A stretch of 64,000 nucleotides of DNA from Vicinamibacterales bacterium. Lineage in GTDB: Bacteria > Acidobacteriota > Vicinamibacteria > Vicinamibacterales > UBA8438. Below the pieces are notes generated by a model, which was not told the origin of the DNA, ran no database searches, and saw only the letters and a list, made by a program, of their open reading frames with translations. Both the position numbers and the translations under genes were made by a program. Of this stretch, positions 39,935 through 49,091 are shown piece by piece. The stretch's first letter is position 1. Every line of letters starts with the position of its first letter. The stretch lies in assembly GCA_965249105.1 (NCBI GenBank), contig OZ252219.1:4823108-4887107 (forward strand), read 5' to 3'.

Positions 39935-40757
39935 GTCGGGTAGACCAGGGTCGTTGCTGACCCTGGCCCCCCACAGATCCGGACGTGCGGGTTCTGCCGC
40001 ATCCGGCTCCTCGACAGATGGCTTCGCTACGCGCCGTCGCGTACCCGTTGGTCCAGGAAGCCAGGCGATGGCCACCGCCATCCCCAAGGCTTGTCTGGCC
40101 AGTTCGGCTATCCGTTGTCGTGACGTGGAGACGGGACCCAACCTCGGTGTGTTGGCCGTCTTTCCCTCCACCGGTGCCACCTGCCGGTGCCCCCTTCCCT
40201 CCACGGGGTCTCGTGGGCTCAATTCCCCCGTTTCGGCGGTACTATGAGACACTCCGACTCCTCGCCGTCCATCCCCCCGCGCTTCGTTGCCTTCGCCCGG
40301 CGGTACCATCCGAGCACCTGCGGCTTCGCTCCGTCGGACGCCAGGTGCTGCGTCCACGGCCTCGGGCTTGGTGAGCCGGTGCCCGCCCCCCGGCGGTCTT
40401 TAAGATGGAGACGACGAGGCCTCCCGGGTTCCCGGGAAACCCACCCGCACGCATGCCACGCGCTCCGACCCCGGCGAGGTCGCCGCCTCCACGGCCTCTG
40501 AGATGCGGCGAGATAGCCTTCCGTCCAACGCACGACGTCGGCCCTCACAAACAATGCATTTCGGGGCTCAATCACGCGGCCTACGGGCTCCCTGTGAACG
40601 CTTCGCGCCCTGGGTCACCCCAGGCCCACGCATCACTCGGTTCCGGCTGGCGGCCGACCTTGGCCGGATGGGATTGGATACCCACAGGGTTTCGAACAAG
40701 GTTTCAAAGATCACATCACGGCATCTTGTCCCCCTTGACCGGGCTTTCCCGGCACAC
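39935..40757 (-). mobile_element. group II intron with internally deleted IEP (823 nt)
   Basis: 5' GTGTGCCGGG; domain V GAGCCGGATGCGG...CGCACGTCCGGATCTGTGGGG; domain VI ending CTACCCGAC; only IEP N- and C-terminal stubs remain. Confidence 0.9.
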
Positions 40758-40987
40758 GCGTTGGTGCACGGTTTCCTTCGCTCCCGGCGAGAACCGTCGA
40801 TGCCCTGGCCATCGTGACGCCAAGAGGGCAGGATCTCGACAGGAAGTCGAGAATGCATCCGCAGGACAGGACGACATACCGCGTCGGAAACTGGCCAGCG
40901 TACGACCGAGCGCTTGTCGAACGCGGTGACGTTACGATGGGGTTGGCACCTGCCGTGACCGCCACGTGGGAGGTCACGGGGCACTGA
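40758..40987 (+). pseudogene. IS5-family (IS903-group) left end and transposase N-terminal stub (40853-40987)
   Basis: G|GCGTTGGTGCACGG terminal repeat-like sequence; YRVGNWPAYDRALVERGDVT. Confidence 0.7.
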
Positions 40988-41012
40988 CGCCCCTATATGT
41001 CAAGACAGTCGT

Positions 41013-42098
41013 TCAGGCAGCCAAGTCTGCGGCTTGGCGCGCTCGGTGGTCTGCCATCACGCGTTGAAAGATCTCGCGGGCGAGAAAGCGTTTGAGACAG
41101 CGGATGATCTCCCGTTTGGGCCGCCCTTCAACGGTGCGTCGTTCGACGTAGTTGAGGGTTGGTGAGTGGTACCGCATCCGCACGATGACGGCCCGGTGGA
41201 GCGCGGCGTTGGCCTGTCGATGACCGCCGCGGTAGAGGCGGTGGCGGCCCGTCGTCATCCCGGACGAAGCCGGGATGGGGCAGGCCCCGCAGAGCTTGGC
41301 GAAGGCGGCTTCAGAATGAATCCGATCGGGGTTGTCGCCAAAGATGATCAGCATCTCGGCGGCGGTGTCGGCACCGATGCCAAAGCCCTCACGCAGCGTC
41401 GGCGAGGTCTGGGTGGTGAGTCGACCCAGGTGACGGTCGTGGTCCACGATCTCGACGGAGAGAGCGAACCAGCGCCGGGCGAGCGCCCGGAGGGTATGTT
41501 TCGCCGAGGCAGTCGGCGTATCGATCGTGCCGCATCGCCATCCGCGGCAGCGTTTGAGGAGCGCCTGGTCGGCGAGCGGGTGGAGGGTCTCTCGCAGCTC
41601 CGGCGGGGCGTTGACGACGATCTGCTTCAGCGTGATCATCGCCGAGGTGCGGGCTTTGACCGCCGTCCGCCGCGCGACCTTGAGGTGGCGCATCATCTCG
41701 ACCGCCCCGTCCGCGGTCTTCGGGATGGCGGTCGATTGGCCAGCCAGGACCGACCGCGCCGCGGTCTCGGCATCCACGGGGTCGGACTTCCCGGCGATTC
41801 GACGTGTGCGCCGGTCGCCCCGGTTCACTTCGAGCACCTGGTGCCCGGCTCGCCGGACCGCGCGCGCGAGTCCCGCCCCGTAGCTGCCGGTGCCCTCGAT
41901 GCCGAACGCGGCGATGCGTCCGTGACGCTCGGCCCAGGTGATCAGCTGTTGGTAGCCGTCTGAGTCGGCGGCACACGATCGATCGTCGAGGCGGATCCCC
42001 CACGTGTCGATCGCCACGGCCACGTGGACGTGCTTGTGGGTGTCCACGCCGACGATCACCTTCCGCGCGTCGGGTTGAATAGTCCTGTGGTTCGTCAC
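41013..42098 (-). CDS. IS110-family DEDD recombinase/transposase
   Basis: VGVDTHK, GIEGTG, KSDPVDA, GIGxxTAA, PIPASSG, GGHRQAN. Confidence 0.95.
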   Translation of the reverse strand: MTNHRTIQPDARKVIVGVDTHKHVHVAVAIDTWGIRLDDRSCAADSDGYQQLITWAERHGRIAAFGIEGTGSYGAGLARAVRRAGHQVLEVNRGDRRTRRIAGKSDPVDAETAARSVLAGQSTAIPKTADGAVEMMRHLKVARRTAVKARTSAMITLKQIVVNAPPELRETLHPLADQALLKRCRGWRCGTIDTPTASAKHTLRALARRWFALSVEIVDHDRHLGRLTTQTSPTLREGFGIGADTAAEMLIIFGDNPDRIHSEAAFAKLCGACPIPASSGMTTGRHRLYRGGHRQANAALHRAVIVRMRYHSPTLNYVERRTVEGRPKREIIRCLKRFLAREIFQRVMADHRARQAADLAA

Positions 42099-42345
42099 CG
42101 GGTGGCCTCCTCGGGTGCTGGTGCGTCGGCCGGATGGGCGGACAGGACTGTGATGGGTCGACGTTGCAGCAGGCCCCTATTGGGTCACTGCCCATCCGGT
42201 CAGACGGGTTGCCGTGTCCATCGCCGACGGACGATGACCGACAGATCAGTAGCGAGGACCGTAGGTCAGTCAAGTTGCGGGTCAGGCCACCACCCGCCGG
42301 CACCCACCAGTGTCACCGAGCGACCTCGGCAGGCAGCGGAATGAT
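42099..42345 (-). ncRNA. putative IS110 bridge RNA region
   Basis: Left-end non-coding region with nested stems 42130-42139/42190-42199 and 42124-42130/42223-42229. Confidence 0.55.
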
Positions 42346-42519
42346 GCTCACAGTCAAGTTGACGAGCGGAGCGCATGATTGTGGCTGGATGGCGGACTCC
42401 CGTCATCCTTAGTAGTAGGCACACGTCACCTCATCCCACACGCGGAACGAACGCGTTCTCAGCGAACGGTGGTGAACCGCTCGGAGCAGGTGGCGCCCAA
42501 CCCGAAAGAGGTTCTGAAC

Positions 42520-42880
42520 AAGGCCGTCGGGATGATCTACCTCAAGCTGCGGCAGGCGGGAGCACTGGTCAACCACAAGCGGGTGGAGCGCCTGTATACC
42601 GAGGCCAGGCTGCAGGTACGTCGGCGGCGACGCAAGAAGATCCCGGTGGCGGACCGCCAGCCCCTGATACGACCCCAGGCGCCGAACGAGGTCTGGTCTG
42701 CCGACTTCGTCTTCGACCGCACGGCCGATGGACGGGTGGTGAAGTGCCTGACGGTCGTCGATGACGCGACCACCGAAGCGGTGGCCATTGTGCCTGCCCG
42801 CACGCTCGGTGGGCTGCCGGTCACCCGCGTGCTTGATCGACTCGCGTTCGAACGCGGCCTGCCGCGTGTCCTGCGCACCG
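42520..42880 (+). pseudogene. IS3-family OrfB fragment
   Basis: VNHKRVERLY, PNEVWSADFVFD, LTVVDDAT; truncated before the second catalytic Asp. Confidence 0.9.
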
Positions 42881-43106
42881 CGTGCTATGAACAAGTTGTC
42901 AAGGCTCTCGGCGCCGTTGGGTCGTCCAATCGAGGGACAGATACGGGCTCAGGCTCGGTGGAGCCGGCCCATCGTGCGTCATCCGGACTCATACCCGAGG
43001 AGCGGAGGGTGCCAGGCGGAAGTACGTCGAGCTGTCTTCGACGCGAAGAGCTCAGGACAACGGTGGGCATGGCCTCCTCTCCGGTTGGAGCCGGAGCCTC
43101 AGGTTT

Positions 43107-43510
43107 CTACGCGGCGATCGACTCGTCCCTCCACACGTGGTCAGCATCGAACGCCGTGCGGTTCTTGACGACGGCGAACGCGTAGTGCAGCAGTTTGGTC
43201 ATGCAGGCCCCGATCGCCTGCATCGGAGGCAAGGGACGCGTGACTCGCTGCGTGAGGCGCTCGTAGTGGGCTTTGAGGCGCGGGTTATGGCGGAGGGACG
43301 ACAGCGTGGCCATGTAGACCACGGCGCGCAGCTGGGCCCGCCCGCGCTTGGTGATCGGCGTCCGTCCAGCGTGCTGGCCGCTTTCCCGTCTCGAGGGCTG
43401 CAGGCCGGCCAGCTTCACCAACTGCCGGCCATGCTGGTATCTGTCGAACGGGCCAATCTCAGCGATCAGCCCGGCGATGGTGATCCACCCGATCCCCGGC
43501 AGCGTGGCGA
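43107..43510 (-). pseudogene. IS110-family transposase C-terminal fragment
   Basis: LPGIGWITIAGLIAEIG, AGLxPSRRESG, ITKRGR; 5' part cut off at the L-end repeat. Confidence 0.9.
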
Positions 43511-43617
43511 CTGGAGCGCGCACAGTGAGGTCGATCAAAAGTTTTAATCCGGGAGGCACTTGCAAAACCCTGCGCGTAGAGAAGTTTTTTGGCGGCTTGC
43601 GCACGGTGCGGGCCACA

Positions 43618-43965
43618 TCACACAGGCGTGAGCTGACGAAGCAGGCGCTCAGTCATCCGCAGCGACAACGTCTCCATTTCCACAACGATTCGGTCTAGCT
43701 GTCGGCCGTTCTCGATCCAGTCCCGGACACGCTCGGCTTGCTGCTCGGTGAGACGGACGGTGACGGTCTTGCCGCGGACCTTGCGGGTCCACTGATAGTA
43801 CGGCCCGTGTAGCTGCGGGGGCGTCGCTTGGCAGCGGCAGTTCGGCTTGCCGCACGGCATGAAACGTTGCACGAGGCTGCCACGTCGAAGCAATCCCACC
43901 TCAGCGACGGTGCGCTTGAGCGCGTCGTAGCGCTGCGTGTCGGTTGTTGGGTCACGGGTGGGCAT
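43618..43965 (-). CDS. DUF6788-like passenger protein
   Basis: RGSL...CGKPNCRC...HGPYYQWT...GKT. Confidence 0.8.
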   Translation of the reverse strand: MPTRDPTTDTQRYDALKRTVAEVGLLRRGSLVQRFMPCGKPNCRCQATPPQLHGPYYQWTRKVRGKTVTVRLTEQQAERVRDWIENGRQLDRIVVEMETLSLRMTERLLRQLTPV

Positions 43966-44028
43966 GTCGTGCCATTCGGTCTAGCAGTTGTTATACTGCT
44001 AGACCTGGCCCCAGGAGTCAAGAAGAAA

Positions 44029-45168
44029 ATGAGCCGTCTCCGAGAGTGCTTCGCACCACACTGGCTGTCCATTCAGACCGCACTCTTTCCATGGCTGGAG
44101 GAAGAGCTGGGACCACTCACGGAGAAACAGCAGCAGTTCGTGCAGACCTTGGAGGTCATCCGGGTCGAGGACCACATTCCCCGACGCGTCCGCATGCCCG
44201 GCCGACCTCGCAAGGATCGCGCGGCCGTCGCCCGCGCGTTTGTCGCCAAGGCCGTCTACGACCTGCCGACGACACGCAGGCTGCTCGATCGGCTGGCCAC
44301 CGATCGACCCTTGCGCCGGATCTGCGGCTGGGAGACTAGGCGCCAGGTCCCGAGCGAATCCTTGTTCTCACACGCCTTCGACGAGTTTGCGACCACGCAG
44401 TTGCCTCTGCGCGTGCACGAGACGGTCATCCAGAAGACGCATCACGACCGATTGGTCGGTCATCTCTCGCGAGACTCCACCGCGATTGCGGCACGCGAGA
44501 AGCCCGCCACGAAGGACAAGCCGCCCGCGCCCTCGCAGCGGAAGCGGGGACGACCGAAGAAGGGAGAGGAGCGCCCTCACGAGCCCACGCGTCTGCAGCG
44601 GCAGGGCACCATGACCAAGCCGGAGATGCTCGCTGATCTCCCGACGGCCTGCGATGTCGGGACGAAAAAGAACAGCAAGGGCTACAAGGAAACCTGGGTC
44701 GGCTACAAGCTGCATATCGATGTGGCCGATGGCCAGATCCCCATCAGCTGCCTACTGACCACTGCCTCCCTTCATGACAGCCAGGCCGCTATTCCGCTCG
44801 CAACCCTGTCCGCCGAGCGGAGCACCAATCTGTACGACGTGATGGACGCCGCCTACGATGCGCAGGAGATTCGGGCACACAGCCGTTCGCTGAACCACGT
44901 TCCGCTGATCGACATCAACACGCGCCGCAACACGGCGCTGAAGGAAGAACGCCAAGCGGAAGCTCGGCGCCGACAGGTGCTTGGCTTCCAGCTTCCGGAG
45001 GACGTTCGCTACAACGAACGCACGGCCGTTGAGCGGGTCAATGGCCGCCTCAAGGACGAATTCGGCGGTCGCCATGTCCGGGTCCGCGGCCCGGCGAAGG
45101 TGATGTGCCACTGCATGTTCGGCGTGCTCGCACTCACCGCTGACCAACTCATGCGCCTCGTCACGTAG
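44029..45168 (+). CDS. DDE transposase (YREK motif)
   Basis: RDSTAI, GYKLH, DAAYD, YNERTAVERVNGRLK; start refined to MSRLRE. Confidence 0.95.
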   Translation: MSRLRECFAPHWLSIQTALFPWLEEELGPLTEKQQQFVQTLEVIRVEDHIPRRVRMPGRPRKDRAAVARAFVAKAVYDLPTTRRLLDRLATDRPLRRICGWETRRQVPSESLFSHAFDEFATTQLPLRVHETVIQKTHHDRLVGHLSRDSTAIAAREKPATKDKPPAPSQRKRGRPKKGEERPHEPTRLQRQGTMTKPEMLADLPTACDVGTKKNSKGYKETWVGYKLHIDVADGQIPISCLLTTASLHDSQAAIPLATLSAERSTNLYDVMDAAYDAQEIRAHSRSLNHVPLIDINTRRNTALKEERQAEARRRQVLGFQLPEDVRYNERTAVERVNGRLKDEFGGRHVRVRGPAKVMCHCMFGVLALTADQLMRLVT

Positions 45169-45990
45169 CCATCGGTGACGTGATGACCTCGATCCACCCA
45201 GCTGCCTACGCGCAGAAGGCGGCAGCTCTTGCCAGACCCTCGCCCAATGCCCGGGCGGGCCTGCGTCTCCTCATGAATCGGTGCCTCGATCCCGGTGCCC
45301 TGGGCCCGAGTGACCAGTTTGCACCCAAACCCTGACGCTTGTTCCACTGTCGGCCAGGAGTTTTGCAAGTGCCTCCCGGGATAATCCGGGATCATCCGGG
45401 ATGACCCCGGGATGCGACTCGCGCGGGCGCAACGATTGACGGGGAGGGCGACAGAATTGGGCCGTGCCGAGGCCCGATCCGCCGTCCGTGTGAGGGGTGT
45501 CCCGGGAGGCTCTCACGTGCGCCCCACCCGGACCACGGAAACCGGCCCGCGAGACGATCGCCCGCATACCGGCGCCACCTCGCTCCAGACGTGTCTCGTC
45601 TTCTCGGCGCCGCGCCCGCGACCGCTGAAATCGCCTGAATCCAACGAGGAAATCGGGGGCAACCCTCGAGCGATCCCGAAGTGCGAGCATCGGCAGGACT
45701 GGGTGGCGGAGGGGGCAGTCTCGCGCGAACCCGTCTCGCACGTCGCCAAGCGAATAAAAGACGAATATTTGATGGGTCCCTACTATGTCCCGCTTCAAAC
45801 TCCTTGACCGGCTCAGGGGGAGTGTCTTGGCGGGCAGCGTCGGTACCTCCGCATCGGAGGAGAAGTTGTTGTCCTCGCGCGAGTCGCATCCCGGGGTCAT
45901 CCCGGATTATCCCGGCTTATCCCGGGAGGCACTTGCAAAACCCTGCGCGTAGAGAAGTTTTTTGGCGGCTTGCGCACGGTGCGGGCCACA

Positions 45991-46338
45991 TCACACAGGC
46001 GTGAGCTGACGAAGCAGGCGCTCAGTCATCCGCAGCGACAACGTCTCCATTTCCACAACGATTCGGTCTAGCTGTCGGCCGTTCTCGATCCAGTCCCGGA
46101 CACGCTCGGCTTGCTGCTCGGTGAGACGGACGGTGACGGTCTTGCCGCGGACCTTGCGGGTCCACTGATAGTACGGCCCGTGTAGCTGCGGGGGCGTCGC
46201 TTGGCAGCGGCAGTTCGGCTTGCCGCACGGCATGAAACGTTGCACGAGGCTGCCACGTCGAAGCAATCCCACCTCAGCGACGGTGCGCTTGAGCGCGTCG
46301 TAGCGCTGCGTGTCGGTTGTTGGGTCACGGGTGGGCAT
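45991..46338 (-). CDS. DUF6788-like passenger protein
   Basis: Identical to 43618-43965. Confidence 0.8.
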   Translation of the reverse strand: MPTRDPTTDTQRYDALKRTVAEVGLLRRGSLVQRFMPCGKPNCRCQATPPQLHGPYYQWTRKVRGKTVTVRLTEQQAERVRDWIENGRQLDRIVVEMETLSLRMTERLLRQLTPV

Positions 46339-46401
46339 GTCGTGCCATTCGGTCTAGCAGTTGTTATACTGCTAGACCTGGCCCCAGGAGTCAAGAAGAA
46401 A

Positions 46402-47541
46402 ATGAGCCGTCTCCGAGAGTGCTTCGCACCACACTGGCTGTCCATTCAGACCGCACTCTTTCCATGGCTGGAGGAAGAGCTGGGACCACTCACGGAGAAA
46501 CAGCAGCAGTTCGTGCAGACCTTGGAGGTCATCCGGGTCGAGGACCACATTCCCCGACGCGTCCGCATGCCCGGCCGACCTCGCAAGGATCGCGCGGCCG
46601 TCGCCCGCGCGTTTGTCGCCAAGGCCGTCTACGACCTGCCGACGACACGCAGGCTGCTCGATCGGCTGGCCACCGATCGACCCTTGCGCCGGATCTGCGG
46701 CTGGGAGACTAGGCGCCAGGTCCCGAGCGAATCCTTGTTCTCACACGCCTTCGACGAGTTTGCGACCACGCAGTTGCCTCTGCGCGTGCACGAGACGGTC
46801 ATCCAGAAGACGCATCACGACCGATTGGTCGGTCATCTCTCGCGAGACTCCACCGCGATTGCGGCACGCGAGAAGCCCGCCACGAAGGACAAGCCGCCCG
46901 CGCCCTCGCAGCGGAAGCGGGGACGACCGAAGAAGGGAGAGGAGCGCCCTCACGAGCCCACGCGTCTGCAGCGGCAGGGCACCATGACCAAGCCGGAGAT
47001 GCTCGCTGATCTCCCGACGGCCTGCGATGTCGGGACGAAAAAGAACAGCAAGGGCTACAAGGAAACCTGGGTCGGCTACAAGCTGCATATCGATGTGGCC
47101 GATGGCCAGATCCCCATCAGCTGCCTACTGACCGCTGCCTCCCTTCATGACAGCCAGGCCGCTATTCCGCTCGCAACCCTGTCCGCCGAGCGGAGCACCA
47201 ATCTGTACGACGTGATGGACGCCGCCTACGATGCGCAGGAGATTCGGGCACACAGCCGTTCGCTGAACCACGTTCCGCTGATCGACATCAACACGCGCCG
47301 CAACACGGCGCTGAAGGAAGAACGCCAAGCGGAAGCTCGGCGCCGACAGGTGCTTGGCTTCCAGCTTCCGGAGGACGTTCGCTACAACGAACGCACGGCC
47401 GTTGAGCGGGTCAATGGCCGCCTCAAGGACGAATTCGGCGGTCGCCATGTCCGGGTCCGCGGCCCGGCGAAGGTGATGTGCCACTGCATGTTCGGCGTGC
47501 TCGCACTCACCGCTGACCAACTCATGCGCCTCGTCACGTAG
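46402..47541 (+). CDS. DDE transposase
   Basis: Differs from copy 1 by one residue (LLTAAS vs LLTTAS). Confidence 0.95.
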   Translation: MSRLRECFAPHWLSIQTALFPWLEEELGPLTEKQQQFVQTLEVIRVEDHIPRRVRMPGRPRKDRAAVARAFVAKAVYDLPTTRRLLDRLATDRPLRRICGWETRRQVPSESLFSHAFDEFATTQLPLRVHETVIQKTHHDRLVGHLSRDSTAIAAREKPATKDKPPAPSQRKRGRPKKGEERPHEPTRLQRQGTMTKPEMLADLPTACDVGTKKNSKGYKETWVGYKLHIDVADGQIPISCLLTAASLHDSQAAIPLATLSAERSTNLYDVMDAAYDAQEIRAHSRSLNHVPLIDINTRRNTALKEERQAEARRRQVLGFQLPEDVRYNERTAVERVNGRLKDEFGGRHVRVRGPAKVMCHCMFGVLALTADQLMRLVT

Positions 47542-47791
47542 CCATCGGTGACGTGATGACCTCGATCCACCCAGCTGCCTACGCGCAGAAGGCGGCAGCT
47601 CTTGCCAGACCCTCGCCCAATGCCCGGGCGGGCCTGCGTCTCCTCATGAATCGGTGCCTCGATCCCGGTGCCCTGGGCCCGAGTGACCAGTTTGCACCCA
47701 AACCCTGACGCTTGTTCCACTGTCGGCCAGGAGTTTTGCAAGTGCCTCCCGGATTAAAACTTTTGATCGAGCTCAGCGGATTATGTTCCGC

Positions 47792-47851
47792 GAGCAAGGC
47801 ATCGAAAAATATCTTGGCTCCGGCATGATCCGGGGCATCGGCCCGGTCTAC
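47792..47851 (+). pseudogene. RecD2-like helicase internal fragment
   Basis: My translation: EQGIEKYLGSGMIRGIGPVY. Confidence 0.7.
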
Positions 47852-47883
47852 CCGAGCTGCCCTATCGCCAATGGGTCATCAGT
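47851..47883 (+). pseudogene. IS91-type transposase motif fragment
   Basis: My translation: PELPYRQWVIS; only 11 codons. Confidence 0.45.
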
Positions 47884-47888
47884 AGGCG

Positions 47889-48011
47889 AAGTACACAATG
47901 ACCAGTAACACGGGGGAAATCCTGGTCATGCTCCTCGCTCCGCTCATCGGGATGCCGCTGCCGCCGCTCCCTTTGCAGATCTTGTGGATCAACCTCGTGA
48001 CCGATGGGTTG
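47889..48011 (+). pseudogene. cation-transporting P-type ATPase TM5-TM6 fragment
   Basis: KYTMTSNTGEILVMLLAPLIGMPLPPLPLQILWINLVTDGL. Confidence 0.85.
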
Positions 48012-48064
48012 GGGTCGAGAGCTCCGGGCGTGCGGTTCGGCCACGCGTGGACGGCGGGGCCGGC

Positions 48065-48841
48065 TCAGAAGTCGACGGTGATGCCGATCTGCACCCCGAA
48101 CAACGTGGCCAGTGACCGCGTCGGCTCGAACGTTACCCCGGTCTCATCGCGCTGGAGCTCTCCCCGCGTCAAATAGTCGACCTCGCCGCCGGTGAGATAC
48201 CGGAGCCCGATGTCGAGACCCAGGCGAGCCTCGCTCCCCGACACGAGCCCGATCGTGACGCCGCCTCCCGCACCGAAGCTCGGCGCGAAGTCGCCCAGAT
48301 GCGTGGTCGCCGCACCGCCACCTTCATTGCCCAGGTCGACAGACGTTCGCGTATACACGTGACTGAACCCGAGGAGCCCCTCGGCGTACGGCCGTACCCG
48401 GCCGGCGGGAGGCTGGACCCGCACGAGCGCATGGGTCCGAATGAAGTTGTTGGTGGTCCCGACGTCGCTAAACACCTCGGGGACGGCCGGAAACAGCGCG
48501 ATGCGGCGGGTCTCCGTGCCGTAGCGCAGGTAGTCGATGGTCGCTCCCACGGAGACGGGGGTCTGGCCTACGCGGGCCGTGAAGTCGACGGCCGCCCCCG
48601 GGGTCGCGCCGACCTTCTTCCCGAACGGCCCGATCGGGACCCCGACCAGGAACTTTGGGCTGAACTGGAAGCGCAGCAGTTCCGGGACCTCGACCACGGA
48701 TGATTCCGGCCGAGGAAGCTGCCCGGGCGGCGGTGCCGGTGGGCTGGCGGACGCCGTCTGCGCAGCGGCAGTTGATGTGCCTGCGAGCCACAATCCACAC
48801 GCGACGGCGATGGCTCCGCGACTGACAGCTCGTCTCTGCAT
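48065..48841 (-). CDS. outer-membrane beta-barrel protein
   Basis: Signal peptide, amphipathic strands, VRPYAEG, terminal Phe (GITVDF); start refined to MQRRA. Confidence 0.75.
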   Translation of the reverse strand: MQRRAVSRGAIAVACGLWLAGTSTAAAQTASASPPAPPPGQLPRPESSVVEVPELLRFQFSPKFLVGVPIGPFGKKVGATPGAAVDFTARVGQTPVSVGATIDYLRYGTETRRIALFPAVPEVFSDVGTTNNFIRTHALVRVQPPAGRVRPYAEGLLGFSHVYTRTSVDLGNEGGGAATTHLGDFAPSFGAGGGVTIGLVSGSEARLGLDIGLRYLTGGEVDYLTRGELQRDETGVTFEPTRSLATLFGVQIGITVDF

Positions 48842-49091
48842 CGTTGCCTGCCTCCGTAGTTCGAATGGACGCATTATCTGATCATGAGAAGCGGCAGTCT
48901 CCCACGATATAGAGGAGCAAACCTCGTGCCGGTCTCGTGAGAGCATCCAAGTCGTTTGTGGAGAGTGGGTTGCGCTCCGGAGGCACGCATTGACGGCACC
49001 GTGGCGTCGACCTGATCCGTGGACAATCCACCACAGCTAGTGAACTTTTTTGGAGACGCGCTACCCATGCTGCCGGGCGTTTCCGTAGCAC

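Larger units (their letters stand above)
40986..42349 (-). mobile_element. IS110-family element, apparently complete
   Basis: Transposase plus about 250-nt 5' non-coding end; TTGACA at 3' end; imperfect GACGCCC/GATGCTC ends; boundaries approximate. Confidence 0.75.
43553..45375 (+). mobile_element. IS5/IS1182-like element copy 1 (1823 bp)
   Basis: 16-bp TIR GAGGCACTTGCAAAAC, 4-bp TSD CCGG. Confidence 0.95.
45926..47748 (+). mobile_element. IS5/IS1182-like element copy 2
   Basis: Same TIRs, TSD CCGG. Confidence 0.95.
43541..47792. repeat. L-core-R unit C (core 45704), both terminal repeats interrupted by IS copies
   Basis: GTTTTAATCCGG at 43541; body 45376-45925; CCGGATTAAAAC at 47749-47760. 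Confidence 0.9.

Noticed and set aside
39659-40357. 232-aa ORF as intron-encoded reverse transcriptase
   Set aside because: No RT domains or YADD; only short terminal stubs in an otherwise RNA-derived frame
43828-44028. 67-aa N-terminal extension of the transposase given by the ORF track
   Set aside because: Overlaps the divergent DUF6788 gene and promoter palindrome; homology-like sequence starts at ATG 44029
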